Shown here piece by piece: positions 50,311 through 60,492 of a stretch of DNA of 64,000 nt. Below the pieces are notes generated by a model, which was not told the origin of the DNA, searched no databases, and saw nothing but the letters and a program-made list of their open reading frames with translations. How positions within the stretch are numbered: position 1 is the first letter of the stretch; every line of letters starts with the position of its first letter. The translations under genes were made by a program, and so were the position numbers. Origin of the DNA: Geopsychrobacteraceae bacterium (lineage in GTDB: Bacteria > Desulfobacterota > Desulfuromonadia > Desulfuromonadales > Geopsychrobacteraceae); NCBI GenBank assembly GCA_963676795.2, contig CAXXTB010000001.1, forward strand, positions 672,001-736,000, given 5' to 3'.

Positions 50311-50456
50311 TAGTTTTCATCTGGAAACGGCCCTTTTCCGCCATAGCGGCGTCAATCTGCAGGCTTACTTGTGCGGCGTAAAGCACTACGCCTCCGCGTA
50401 ACCCCTTGATTTCCTAGCTATGACGAAAAATTGCTCGTTTCCAATCTGAAAACTTA
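50311..50456. repeat. ~145-bp MITE/ERIC-like palindromic repeat, family B copy 2
   Basis: Inverted homolog of 18310-18455. Confidence 0.85.
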
Positions 50457-50495
50457 TGAGTTGTCATTGTTATCTACAGCTAAAGGAGGGGACCT

Positions 50496-51179
50496 ATGCG
50501 GCGGATCAAGGATTGGCCCGCGGACGAACGTCCGCGGGAGAAGCTTCTGGCGCAAGGGGCAGAACGGCTGACCGATGCCGAGCTGCTGGCGCTGATTATC
50601 CGCACCGGCGATTCCGCCAGCAAGGCCAGTGCCGTTGATCTGGCCCGTTCACTCTTACAGAAATTTTCTTCGCTGCGCCAGCTGGCTGCCGCCAGTATCG
50701 CCGAACTCTGCCGGTTACCCGGTATAGGGCCGGCCAAAGCAGCCGAGATTCAGGCGCTGTTTCAGATTGCCCGGCGCTTTTCCGACCAGCGTCTGCAACC
50801 GGGCCAGGCCTACTGTTCCTCGCGCGACGCGTTCGATCATTTTCACGAGCGGCTCTGCGATTACCGTAAAGAGGTCTTTCTCGCACTGTTGCTTGACAAC
50901 AAGAACCGCCTGATCCGTGAGGTGCAGATCTCCGAAGGGAGTTTGACCGCCAGCATCGTTCATCCGCGTGAGGTGTTTGCCCCGGTTCTCAGGGAATCGG
51001 CCGCGGCCATACTCTTCGTTCACAATCACCCTTCAGGTGATCCGACCCCCAGTCGCGAGGATATCGAAATCACCAACCGGCTCAAGCAGGTGGGAGAACT
51101 GATGGGGGTGCGGGTGCTCGACCATGTCATCATCGGCAAGGGGGAGTACCTCAGTTTTGCCGACCGGGGACTGCTGTAG
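50496..51179 (+). CDS. radC: RadC (UPF0758) JAB-domain protein
   Basis: ERPREKL, GIGPAKA, VHPREVF, HNHPSGDPTPS.ED, LDHVII. Confidence 0.96.
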   Translation: MRRIKDWPADERPREKLLAQGAERLTDAELLALIIRTGDSASKASAVDLARSLLQKFSSLRQLAAASIAELCRLPGIGPAKAAEIQALFQIARRFSDQRLQPGQAYCSSRDAFDHFHERLCDYRKEVFLALLLDNKNRLIREVQISEGSLTASIVHPREVFAPVLRESAAAILFVHNHPSGDPTPSREDIEITNRLKQVGELMGVRVLDHVIIGKGEYLSFADRGLL

Positions 51180-51289
51180 AGACACTTAGCTTAGGGCGAT
51201 AAAGGCGTCGATCTCTCTTTATTGTTATCAATGAAAACACTTTTCAATTTCTTCTTGAAAAAACGATCTTCCTGCTGCATACTCTGTTC

Positions 51290-51477
51290 TGGCGTTACCT
51301 GGCGTAATCTCCGGATGGTAACTCATCTAGGCAGACTGGCTCGGCGCCGGGTCTGCTCAGCAGCAGAGGTCAACCTGCTGAGGGCACACGGCGGGAAGCA
51401 GACAAACACACCCAAGCTCCAAACTATCTCTATCATTTCCTTGGCCCGTAACCGGAATCGGTTACGGGCATTTTTTT
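51290..51477 (+). ncRNA. Candidate sRNA or attenuating leader
   Basis: TTGAAA-17-CATACT promoter (51255-51283), several hairpins, strong terminator gcccgtaaccg-gaat-cggttacgggc plus T7. Confidence 0.5.
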
Positions 51478-51565
51478 CGGTAAGGTTTCATGCAATACTT
51501 GAATCATGGTTAGCGAAGAGGAAAGATCCTCTTGATAGCTGTGAATGCTGCGGGGAGGTAACTCG

Positions 51566-52387
51566 ATGAGCTTTTATTCGCGCACTAAAAACAGGCTTCT
51601 GGCGCTGGCGACGACGCGCTTCCCGGTCGTCGCCAGACGCTTTGCGGCTGCTTATCAGCCGCAGGAAACAACAGGGGCTATCCCCTGGACCCGTCCGGCA
51701 TCCCCCCTCAGTCAGGCTAAGCTGGCTCTGGTCACGACGGCAGGAATTCACCATCGGGATCAGCTTCCTTTTGACATGCGGGACAAGAACGGTGATCCCA
51801 GCTTTCGTGAGATCCGTGGCAGGGATATTTTCAACGACTTTCAGATTACCCATGACTATTACGATCACTCGGATGCCCGCAAGGATCCGAACATCATCTT
51901 GCCTCTCGACCGGCTTCGAGAACTTGTCGCTGAAGGGCTCATCGGCTCTCTGGCAGAGATCCATTATGCCTTCATGGGGCATATCGACGGAGAGCACATC
52001 AAAACGTTTGTTGGCGGGAGTGCGCAACTGCTGATCAAGAGCCTGCAGGCGCAGGAGGTTGATATTGTCCTGCTCACCCCTGCCTGAGGAATCTGCAACC
52101 AATCCGTGGGATTGGTTCAAAGGGAAATAGAGCGGGCCGGAATTGCCACGGTCGGGATTTCCATCGTGCGCGAGTACTCGGAAAAGATCAGACCGCCGCG
52201 GACGGTCTCGCTGCGCTGGCCATTCGGGCACCCCGTCGGTGAACCGTTCAATGTCGCTCAGCAACGTACCATTGTCTGTGCCGCCCTGGCGGCGCTTTAC
52301 CAGATCGAGGAACCGGGGACGATAATCGACCTGCCCTATCGCTGGAAACGGGAAACCTATGATCCTGCGCGGATCCCGGAGCTGTAG
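51566..52387 (+). CDS. GrdB/PrdB-like (glycine/betaine/proline reductase selenoprotein B family) selenoprotein with in-frame UGA
   Basis: KLALVTTAG, GDPSFR, HDYYD, LPLDRL; TPA-UGA-GIC (UxxC) continues in frame into SVGLVQREIERAGI; SECIS-like hairpin 52097-52117. Confidence 0.88.
52097..52117 (+). promoter_or_regulatory. Putative bacterial SECIS element
   Basis: aaccaatcc-gtg-ggattggtt perfect stem with GU in the loop, beginning 10 nt after UGA (52085-87). Confidence 0.75.
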
Positions 52388-52482
52388 AAGGTTCTATGTT
52401 TCCTGGTCGTCAAGTATTCTGCCTGACGGCAGATCATTGGCGGGCTGCGCGACGCACTATCGGGCACGCGAAAGAAGGGCGT

Positions 52483-53844
52483 TCAGTCGATACCGAATTC
52501 TTTGAGTTTGTACATCAGCGAACGCAGACTGATCTCCAGCAGCTGGGCTGCCTGGGTCCGGTTGCCTTCGGTTTTTTTCAGCGCCTTACGGATATACTCC
52601 TCCTCAAGGCGCCGGGTCGCGATTTTGAGCGAATACTCTTCCGGATCAAACTGATCGGGTCTGGCTTGTCTGGTACGTAGCGGGGGGAGTTCCAGGGTTT
52701 CGCCATGGCTGAAAATCAGTGCTTTCTCCAAGTAGTTTTCCAGCTCCCTGACATTGCCCGGCCAGTGGTAGTGCATCAGGATTGCGGTATCCTCTGCCGT
52801 CAGTTGCGGAACCTTACGCTGCTCCCGCAGACAGATCCGCTCGACAAAATAGCGGGCCAACAGGGGAATATCGTCAACCCGGTCACGCAGGGGCGGTAGC
52901 TCGATATCGACGACGGCCAGGCGATAATAGAGATCGTTGCGGAAGTTATTTTCGGCCACGGCGTCCTGCAGGCTTTTTCCGGATGCTGCGATCACCCGGG
53001 TGTTGATCTTTTCGGCTCTGGTGGCGCCGACCTTGCGCACTTCCCCCTCCTGCAGAACGCGCAGCAGTTTCGGCTGCAGTTCCAGGGGCAGATCGGCAAT
53101 CTCATCGAGAAACAGGGTGCCGCCGCTGGCGATGGAGAAGAGTCCCTCCTTGTCGCGGTCGGCTCCGGTAAAGGCGCCCTTTTTGTGGCCGAACAGCTCA
53201 CTTTCCAGCAGGCCTGAGGTGATGGCGCTGCAGTTGATGGCCAGGAACTGTCCTTTGCGACCGCTGCAACTGTGCAGGGCCTTGGCGATCAGTTCCTTGC
53301 CGGTGCCGGTCTCGCCATGGATCAGCACGGAGGACTCCGATTTTCCGGCGGCCTGCACCAGCCTGAGGACCTGCTTCATCGCTTCGCTGCAATGCACGAT
53401 ATCATCACAGGAGAACGGCTTTCCCTTGCTGTTCAGCGCCTGTCGCAGTTCGCTGTTCTCCTGTCTCAGGGTCTGGCGTTCTTCCGCCTTGCGCAGGGTG
53501 AGGATCACTTCATCCGGTTTGAATGGTTTGGAGATGTAGTCGTAGGCGCCGCGTTTCATGCACTCAAGGGCGGTTTCAACACTGCCGTAGGCGCTCATCA
53601 TGATGATGGTGGTATTGAGATTGCGGATTTCAGGCTGGTCGAGGAAGGTCAGGCCATCCATGTCCGGCATACGGATATCTGAGAGGATAACGTCAAACTT
53701 TTCCCTGTAGGTCAGGTTGATCGCTTCTGCGCCATTGCGGGCTTCGGTGACTCTGAATCTGTGCTGTTCGAGGACCAGGCGCAGCATATGGCGCATCGAC
53801 GCTTCATCATCAACAATCAGCAGGTTTCGAAATTGCTCAGCCAT
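52483..53844 (-). CDS. Sigma54-dependent response regulator
   Basis: REC, GETGTGKE, GAFTGA, WPGNVREL, Fis HTH. Confidence 0.94.
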   Translation of the reverse strand: MAEQFRNLLIVDDEASMRHMLRLVLEQHRFRVTEARNGAEAINLTYREKFDVILSDIRMPDMDGLTFLDQPEIRNLNTTIIMMSAYGSVETALECMKRGAYDYISKPFKPDEVILTLRKAEERQTLRQENSELRQALNSKGKPFSCDDIVHCSEAMKQVLRLVQAAGKSESSVLIHGETGTGKELIAKALHSCSGRKGQFLAINCSAITSGLLESELFGHKKGAFTGADRDKEGLFSIASGGTLFLDEIADLPLELQPKLLRVLQEGEVRKVGATRAEKINTRVIAASGKSLQDAVAENNFRNDLYYRLAVVDIELPPLRDRVDDIPLLARYFVERICLREQRKVPQLTAEDTAILMHYHWPGNVRELENYLEKALIFSHGETLELPPLRTRQARPDQFDPEEYSLKIATRRLEEEYIRKALKKTEGNRTQAAQLLEISLRSLMYKLKEFGID

Positions 53845-54069
53845 ATCCGTCGTTTTCAATTAAATGATCCTTCATGAGAAGGAAAGATTGACATTGTCTT
53901 TTTATAGGTTATTTTTAATAAATTGAGGTTCAGGAATCAACTGTTATCTTGGCAAACTGTCTGTAATCTGTCGTTTATCGTCTTATAACCTGGTCGATTT
54001 ATTCGTAAACCGGTCGTAGGGATAAAGTGCAGGATATCTCTTCTGCCGGTTCAGAGAGCTGCAGATCAA

Positions 54070-55164
54070 ATGAAAAGTTCAGCACTGTATTGCCAGCAGT
54101 CGGACCTCTGTCCGATTGGCCAAGGCCCCTGTCCCGGTGTCTGTGTCTACGCAGATATCTTTGAGAACATCGATCTGGGTATCATCGTTTTCGATATGCA
54201 CTCAGCCGGTATCCTGTTTGCCAATCGCTGTGCCGAAGATCTGATCGGTGCCGGTATCGGCCCGCATAATTTTCAGCATCTCAAATCCCTGTTCCTCGAC
54301 CGCTTGCAGTGCCCGATCCCCGATCTGGTCGGTCATTCCTACGATATTCAACTGGATGACAAACTGCTCGGTTATACCTTTTATCCGGTTTCCGATGAGC
54401 GCTTTCTGTGGATGTTCATGCGCAATATCACCGAGAAGATGCGTTTTGAATCGGTGGCTAACGCTGTCAGCACCATGGATAATCTCGGCTACGTGTTCTC
54501 CGGAATCAGACACGAAATCGGCAACCCGCTCAATTCTGCGAAAATGGCCTTGACGGTACTGCGTGAGAGCTTTCATGACTTCTCCCGTGCGGAGGCGTTG
54601 GAGTTTGTTGACCGTTCGCTGGAAGAGCTGCAGCGCGTCGAGTTTCTGCTGCGCAGCCTGCGCAATCTCAATATGTATGAAAAGTCGCAGCCTGAAAATG
54701 TTCATTTCCCGCACTTTCTTGACCGTTTTGTCTCGTTGGTCTGGGAAGATTTTTCCCAAAAAGGGATCACCATCAATACTGCATTTCATCCTCAGGCCAA
54801 ATGGGCCCTGGTTGATCCGCGTTCACTGCAGCAGGTCCTGCTCAATATCTTTACCAATGCGGCCGATGCGCTTGAAGAGAGCGTTGAGCGGACCATCGAG
54901 CTCAGTACCCGCGCCGGTCAGGGGTTTCTCTGGGTGAGGATCGTTGACAGCGGCTGCGGGATCAGTGCTGAAGAACTGGCCGAGATTTTCAAGCCGTTCT
55001 ATACAACCAAGGTGCAGGGGACCGGGTTGGGGCTGGTCATCTGTCGCAAGATGCTGGCTCAGATGAACTGTACCATAGAAATCAGCAGTACATTGGGGCA
55101 GGGAACCAGGGTCGAGATATCTATCCCAGAGGGGCAGGCTGATGACGTCGAACAGGAATCGTAA
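54070..55164 (+). CDS. Cytoplasmic PAS histidine kinase
   Basis: HEIGNPL, NIFTNA, DSGCG, FYTTK..GTGLGL; Cys-rich N-terminus. Confidence 0.9.
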   Translation: MKSSALYCQQSDLCPIGQGPCPGVCVYADIFENIDLGIIVFDMHSAGILFANRCAEDLIGAGIGPHNFQHLKSLFLDRLQCPIPDLVGHSYDIQLDDKLLGYTFYPVSDERFLWMFMRNITEKMRFESVANAVSTMDNLGYVFSGIRHEIGNPLNSAKMALTVLRESFHDFSRAEALEFVDRSLEELQRVEFLLRSLRNLNMYEKSQPENVHFPHFLDRFVSLVWEDFSQKGITINTAFHPQAKWALVDPRSLQQVLLNIFTNAADALEESVERTIELSTRAGQGFLWVRIVDSGCGISAEELAEIFKPFYTTKVQGTGLGLVICRKMLAQMNCTIEISSTLGQGTRVEISIPEGQADDVEQES

Positions 55165-56500
55165 ATTACTGATTATCGATGATGACCGGATGCTCTGTGA
55201 TCTGGTTCAGCGTTTTCTGAAGCATGACCGGCTGACCGTCTGGGCGGTCCACAGCGGGACGGCCGGGGTGGGGTTCTGTCAACAGGAGCCGATCGATATC
55301 GTGTTGCTCGATCAGAAGCTGCCCGATGGAGAAGGGCGGAGTTTCTGCGCCGATATTCTCAAGAGCAACGAGCAGACCAAGATCATTTTTATTACGGCAT
55401 TTCCAAGCTTTGAGAATGCGGTCAAGGGGATTCAATCCGGGGCTCACGACTATCTGGCCAAGCCGTTTGAAATGGACGAGCTGCGTCTGACCGTCGATTT
55501 GGCACTGCGCACCCTTGATCTTGAGAGCTGTGTTCAGCTGCAGCATTACAAACGCAGTCGGGAAAAAGACCAGAGTGTGCTGATCGACAGTGGCGGACTG
55601 GATGCCTCCCAACTTATTGCGCAGCGCGCGGCACAGTCTGAAGCGCCGGTGATTATAAGCGGGGAGACCGGAACCGGAAAGAGCGTCATGGCCCGTCACA
55701 TCCATTTCCGCAGCGAGCGAAAGGATGGCACTTTTTTGAGTATCAACTGTGCGGCTCTGCCGGAGAACCTGATCGAAGCGGAGCTGTTTGGTGCGGAAAA
55801 GGGCGCTTTTACCGGAGCCGAGGAATGCCGTAAGGGGATTTTTGAAATGGCCGATGGTGGCACCCTGCTGCTGGATGAAATCGGTGAAATGCCGCTGCAC
55901 CTGCAGGCCAAGCTGCTGAATGTCCTTGAAGAGAGACAGCTGCGGCGGCTGGGCGGTTCGCGCCAGATTCCCGTCGATGTCCGGATCATCGCCGCGACCA
56001 ACAGCGATCTGGAGGTTGCGGTGAGGAATCACGCTTTTCGTGAGGATCTCTATTTCCGCCTGAACGTATTGCGCCTGCATCTGCCACCGTTACGCGAGAG
56101 GCGTCAGGATATCCCCGAACTGTGCCGTCATTTTCTTGAGCTGTTGACCCTGGGACGCAATATTGAGCTTGCGGAGGCTGAGATCTCTATGTTGATCAAT
56201 TACCCATGGCCGGGGAATGTCCGTGAGCTGAAGAATATTATCGAGCGTGCTGTCATCTTCCATGAAAACGGGACGATCTACCCGTCGCGCCTGCTAACTC
56301 GGCGCCCTGGTCCTGCCGCAGTGGCTTCCTCTACCTGTCAGATAAACGACATCCTGCCCCTCGAGGAGATGATCCGCAACTACACCCTCTGTGTCCTTGA
56401 GCAGATGGAGGGTAATATCACCCGAACCTCCAGGGCTCTGGATGTCCCCCTTTCAACACTGAAGCGCAGGCTCAAATCCTATCATCTCGGCAGTGACTGA
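55142..56500 (+). CDS. Sigma54-dependent response regulator
   Basis: REC, GETGTGKS, GAFTGA, WPGNVREL, HTH. Confidence 0.94.
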   Translation: MTSNRNRKLLIIDDDRMLCDLVQRFLKHDRLTVWAVHSGTAGVGFCQQEPIDIVLLDQKLPDGEGRSFCADILKSNEQTKIIFITAFPSFENAVKGIQSGAHDYLAKPFEMDELRLTVDLALRTLDLESCVQLQHYKRSREKDQSVLIDSGGLDASQLIAQRAAQSEAPVIISGETGTGKSVMARHIHFRSERKDGTFLSINCAALPENLIEAELFGAEKGAFTGAEECRKGIFEMADGGTLLLDEIGEMPLHLQAKLLNVLEERQLRRLGGSRQIPVDVRIIAATNSDLEVAVRNHAFREDLYFRLNVLRLHLPPLRERRQDIPELCRHFLELLTLGRNIELAEAEISMLINYPWPGNVRELKNIIERAVIFHENGTIYPSRLLTRRPGPAAVASSTCQINDILPLEEMIRNYTLCVLEQMEGNITRTSRALDVPLSTLKRRLKSYHLGSD

Positions 56501-56507
56501 AGGTTCA

Positions 56508-56558
56508 ATCCGGACCGGTTCAAAATGACCCACTATTCCATTTTGAACCGGTCCGGAT
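56508..56558. promoter_or_regulatory. Perfect 20-bp inverted repeat; probable enhancer (UAS) array or hairpin
   Basis: atccggaccggttcaaaatg N11 cattttgaaccggtccggat. Confidence 0.55.
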
Positions 56559-56636
56559 GATTCTGATTTGGTGGCGATTATTTCTCTTACTTTCTATCTC
56601 TCTGAAAATAAACAATAAATCTTTTCCATGCCAAGT

Positions 56637-56652
56637 TGGAACGGGCTTTGCT
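56637..56652 (+). promoter_or_regulatory. Sigma54 -24/-12 promoter
   Basis: TGGAACGGGCTTTGCT (GG-N10-GC). Confidence 0.65.
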
Positions 56653-56686
56653 CTAGCTCTTCATAAAAGACCACATGGAGTGATGA

Positions 56687-57853
56687 ATGAAGCAGGTTCT
56701 GATTGTCGATGATGAAAAGAAATTTCTTCTCAGCCTGGTCCCGGGACTGGAAAACCGCTTGAAAAACATCAGGGTCCTCACGGCGCACAATGGCGAGGAT
56801 GCCCTCGATGTCCTGAATGCCAATCCGGTGGATCTTCTTGTCACCGATCTGAAGATGCCGAAGATGGATGGCTTCGAACTGCTTGCCAGTATGAAAAAGG
56901 GCTATCCCCATATTCCGGTCATCGTCATGACCGCTTTCGGGACGCCGGAAATTGAAGAGGAATTGCAGGGCTATGGGGCGGTCCAGTATCTGGAAAAACC
57001 GACAGATCTGGAAACGATGACGGAAAAAATCAGGACCAGCCTGAGCGCTGTCGCCAAAGGCTTTGTCGAAGGGATTACCCTGCCGACCTTTGCTCAGTTG
57101 ATTGAGCTGGAAAAGAAAACCTGTACCTTGCAGGTTGCCAGCGAGGCAAGCTCCGGAGCTGTCTATTTTGTTGAAGGGCAACTGTTCGATGCCTGCTGCG
57201 ACAATGCCAGGGGAGATAAGGCGGCGCTTGAAATCTTCACCTGGGATGAGGTCGAGATCAAGATGCTGCCGGGCAAGAGCAAACTGGAAAGGCAGATCAC
57301 CATGCCACTCAATCAGGTTCTGCTGGAGGCTTTACGGCTTCTGGATGAGAAGACCCGGAGAAGAAAACGGGGGAAAAATGAAAATGCCGTACCTGTGGCA
57401 ACGCAGCCAGTAGGTGCAGAACAACAACAGCAGTTAAATCATAAGGAGAAATGGATTATGACGATTCAGGAAAAGCTCAAAGACTTCAAATCGATCGATG
57501 GTTTTGTTGGCGTCGGGATTTTCACTCCGTCCGGTGAGTCGCTGGCTCTGTTGACCGTTGACCCGAAAGACAACTCCAAGGAGGTCGGCATTCTGTCCAA
57601 CACCATGTTGCTGAATGCGCAGAAGATGTCCCGTGAAGTCGGGATCGGTCAGGCCAATCTGGTTCATATCGAGGCTGACCATGCCCATGTTTTTGCCCGT
57701 TGTCTGAATGAAGGAAGCGATCCGGTCAAGTCGGAACCGGGTAAGGCGCATATCCATATGGTTCTTGTCCTGAATGAGGACAGTGGGGTCGGTCTTGCAA
57801 AAATGAAAATGGAAAAGACCATCAGGCAGTTTGCTGAAGAGTTCAGGATGTAA
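56687..57853 (+). CDS. Response regulator: REC + DUF4388/PATAN-like + C-terminal roadblock-like domain
   Basis: REC (TDLKMP), G..EGITLP..QL.ELEKKTC..YF.EG, then an IDGFVGVGIF..GE.LA module. Confidence 0.8.
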   Translation: MKQVLIVDDEKKFLLSLVPGLENRLKNIRVLTAHNGEDALDVLNANPVDLLVTDLKMPKMDGFELLASMKKGYPHIPVIVMTAFGTPEIEEELQGYGAVQYLEKPTDLETMTEKIRTSLSAVAKGFVEGITLPTFAQLIELEKKTCTLQVASEASSGAVYFVEGQLFDACCDNARGDKAALEIFTWDEVEIKMLPGKSKLERQITMPLNQVLLEALRLLDEKTRRRKRGKNENAVPVATQPVGAEQQQQLNHKEKWIMTIQEKLKDFKSIDGFVGVGIFTPSGESLALLTVDPKDNSKEVGILSNTMLLNAQKMSREVGIGQANLVHIEADHAHVFARCLNEGSDPVKSEPGKAHIHMVLVLNEDSGVGLAKMKMEKTIRQFAEEFRM

Positions 57854-57868
57854 GTCGTAACGGACATC

Positions 57869-57908
57869 AAAAAAGCCCTTGTCTCCATAAGGAGACAAGG
57901 GCTTTTTT
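57869..57908. terminator. Bidirectional intrinsic terminator
   Basis: aaaaaagcccttgtctcc-ataa-ggagacaagggctttttt between convergent genes. Confidence 0.88.
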
Positions 57909-57928
57909 GATCCTGCTCCGAGAAGACG

Positions 57929-58399
57929 TCAGTTGCGCAGGGTCGCGATCAATCGCTGCGGTTTCTGGAGCAGCCTTAGCGCCGCGACGATGTCGGTGGT
58001 GACAACTGTGGCTGCGTCCAGGGTCACTTTTGCCGCCCCTTCTTGCTGGATGACGGCAATACCGAGGGCCGATTCCTTGAGCATCAGCCAGTCGTTACGG
58101 CCGTTGCCGATGGCCACGACCGACTCAGGGCCGAGAGCCAGCACGTACTTCAGCTTCTCCAGATCCTGGGATTCGCCGGGAATTACAATCCGCTGGCAGG
58201 GCAGGCCGCCAAGTTGCTGTCTTGAGCTGCCGAATGTGTCAGCGGTGATGACGTGGATTTTCAGCTCTGATGCCAGGGCTTGCAAAACGGCAGCAACCCC
58301 GGGGAGGAGTACCCCGTCTTCCGCCAGGGTACCGTTGTAGTCGAGTACCAGATTTTCCAGTTTGAGGCATTCGTCCCCTGGAATATCAATAGTCAGCAT
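57929..58399 (-). CDS. Soluble P-type ATPase-like HAD hydrolase
   Basis: LDYNGTLA, TADTFG, IGNGRND. Confidence 0.9.
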   Translation of the reverse strand: MLTIDIPGDECLKLENLVLDYNGTLAEDGVLLPGVAAVLQALASELKIHVITADTFGSSRQQLGGLPCQRIVIPGESQDLEKLKYVLALGPESVVAIGNGRNDWLMLKESALGIAVIQQEGAAKVTLDAATVVTTDIVAALRLLQKPQRLIATLRN

Positions 58400-58444
58400 A
58401 GTAACCTTTCGTGGTTCGTTGAACTGAGCCCTTGTCGCTCTCGG

Positions 58445-59317
58445 TTATGGGGTCCAGATCTTCAACAGTGCTTCGGCCATTTCTGCCGGTGAATCGGCAA
58501 CGCTGATTCCGCATTCGCGCAGAAAGGCTTTCTTGCTCGCCGCATCTCCCTTGCCGCCGGAGATGATCGCACCGGCATGGCCCATTCTCTTCCCTTTAGG
58601 AGCCGTTGCTCCGGCGATGAAGGCTGCAACCGGCTTGGTCATGTGATCGCGGACGTATTCCGCGGCCCGTTCCTCGGCATCGCCGCCGATTTCACCGATC
58701 ATGATAACGGCTTGGGTCTGTGGGTCGGCTTCAAACATTTTCAACACGTCGAGATGGCTGGTGCCGTTGACCGGGTCGCCGCCGATGCCGACACAGGTAC
58801 TCTGACCGATATCGCGGCTGGTCAACTGCCAGACCGCTTCGTAGGTCAGTGTCCCGGAACGGGAGATGACGCCGACTGGACCCGGCTTGTGGATATAGCC
58901 TGGCATGATGCCGATCTTGCATTCTCCGGGGGTGATGACACCCGGACAATTGGGACCAATCAGGCGGGCGTTCTTGCCTTGCATGTACTGCTTGACCTTG
59001 ACCATGTCGAGGACCGGAACCCCTTCGGTGATGCAGATGATCACCTCGATTCCGGCATCGACGGCTTCCATGATGGCGTCAGCGCTGCCGATCGGCGGGA
59101 CATAGATGACCGAGGCGTTGGCGCCGGTCTCTTTGACGGCGTCTTCGACGGTGTTGAAGACCGGGAAGCCGTCGATAACGGTTCCGCCTTTGCCGGGGGT
59201 AACACCTCCAACCATCCGGGTGCCGTAGTCGCGTGCACCTTGAGCATGGAACAGCCCGGTTGCGCCGGTAATCCCCTGGGTAATGACCTTGGTGTCTTTA
59301 TCGATAAGTATGCTCAT
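58445..59317 (-). CDS. sucD: Succinyl-CoA synthetase alpha subunit
   Basis: [27 protein letters not shown]. Confidence 0.97.
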   Translation of the reverse strand: MSILIDKDTKVITQGITGATGLFHAQGARDYGTRMVGGVTPGKGGTVIDGFPVFNTVEDAVKETGANASVIYVPPIGSADAIMEAVDAGIEVIICITEGVPVLDMVKVKQYMQGKNARLIGPNCPGVITPGECKIGIMPGYIHKPGPVGVISRSGTLTYEAVWQLTSRDIGQSTCVGIGGDPVNGTSHLDVLKMFEADPQTQAVIMIGEIGGDAEERAAEYVRDHMTKPVAAFIAGATAPKGKRMGHAGAIISGGKGDAASKKAFLRECGISVADSPAEMAEALLKIWTP

Positions 59318-59328
59318 GGAGACTCTCC

Positions 59329-60492
59329 TTAGGCGTTCACGGCTTTGACGATTTTTTCAGCGGCATCGGCCATACCATCGGCACTGACGATGTTCAAGCC
59401 CGATTCTGCAAGCATCTTCTTGCCGATTTCGACGTTGGTCCCTTCCAGGCGAACCACCAAAGGGACACTGAGGCCGACCTGTTTGGCTGCTTCGATGACG
59501 CCGGTCGCGATGACGTCACATTTCATGATACCGCCAAAAATATTGACCAGGATCCCTTTGACCTTGGCGTCGGAGAGGATGATCTTGAAGGCTTCGGTCA
59601 CCCGTTCAACCGTTGCGCCACCGCCGACGTCGAGGAAGTTGGCGGGTTCGCCGCCATAATGTTTGATGATATCCATGGTCGCCATCGCCAGCCCGGCGCC
59701 GTTGACCAGACAGCCGATGTTGCCGTCGAGAGCGATATAGGAGAGATCATGCTGCGAGGCTTCGATCTCCATAGGATCCTCTTCGTCGTAGTCGCGCATG
59801 TCACGGATGCGCGAATGACGGAACAGGGCGTTGTCCTCGAAATTCATCTTGGCGTCGAGACAGAGCAGGTTGCCTTCCCCGGTTAGAACCAGGGGGTTGA
59901 TCTCAAGGAGTGAACAGTCGGTTTCGATGAACGTCTTGTAGAGATTTTGCAGAAGGCTGACGCTCTGCTTGACCTGAGGCATGGAGAAGCCAAGTTTGAA
60001 GGCGACCTTGCGGGCCTGGAATGCGGTCAGGCCGACGAGCGGATTGATCGCTTCAAAGAACAGTTTTTCCGGCGTTTTGGCGGCGACTTCCTCGATATCC
60101 ATGCCGCCTTCCGCCGAGGCCATCAGCGTCACCTTGGAGGTGGCCCGGTCAACCAGGAAGGAGAGGTAGTATTCGTCTGCGATATTGCAGCCTTTTTCAA
60201 TCAGAACCCGTTTGACGACCTTGCCTTCAGGGCCGGTCTGATGGGTAACCAGGGTCATGCCGAACATCTGACGGGCGAGTTTCTTGACCTCGTCGGCACT
60301 CTTGGCGATCTTGACGCCCCCCCCCTTGCCACGGCCACCGGCATGAATCTGAGCCTTCACCGCCCAGGGACCGTCACCAAGCCGTCTGGCCCAGTCACGC
60401 GCCGAATTGCTGTTGTAGACGACATGCCCTTCAGGAACAGGAACACCGAAGTTACGCAGAATTGCTTTGGCTTGATACTCATGAATGTTCAT
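59329..60492 (-). CDS. sucC: Succinyl-CoA synthetase beta subunit
   Basis: [40 protein letters not shown]. Confidence 0.97.
   Translation of the reverse strand: MNIHEYQAKAILRNFGVPVPEGHVVYNSNSARDWARRLGDGPWAVKAQIHAGGRGKGGGVKIAKSADEVKKLARQMFGMTLVTHQTGPEGKVVKRVLIEKGCNIADEYYLSFLVDRATSKVTLMASAEGGMDIEEVAAKTPEKLFFEAINPLVGLTAFQARKVAFKLGFSMPQVKQSVSLLQNLYKTFIETDCSLLEINPLVLTGEGNLLCLDAKMNFEDNALFRHSRIRDMRDYDEEDPMEIEASQHDLSYIALDGNIGCLVNGAGLAMATMDIIKHYGGEPANFLDVGGGATVERVTEAFKIILSDAKVKGILVNIFGGIMKCDVIATGVIEAAKQVGLSVPLVVRLEGTNVEIGKKMLAESGLNIVSADGMADAAEKIVKAVNA

Noticed and set aside
51290..51477. Assignment as 6S RNA, SRP RNA or SAM riboswitch
   Set aside because: Lacks the long 6S rod, the SRP GNRA/AGCAG helix context and the SAM-I core; kept only as an unassigned candidate.
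52106..52387. Separate 93-aa gene
   Set aside because: In frame with the upstream ORF across a UGA/SECIS; its GTG start lies in the SECIS loop.
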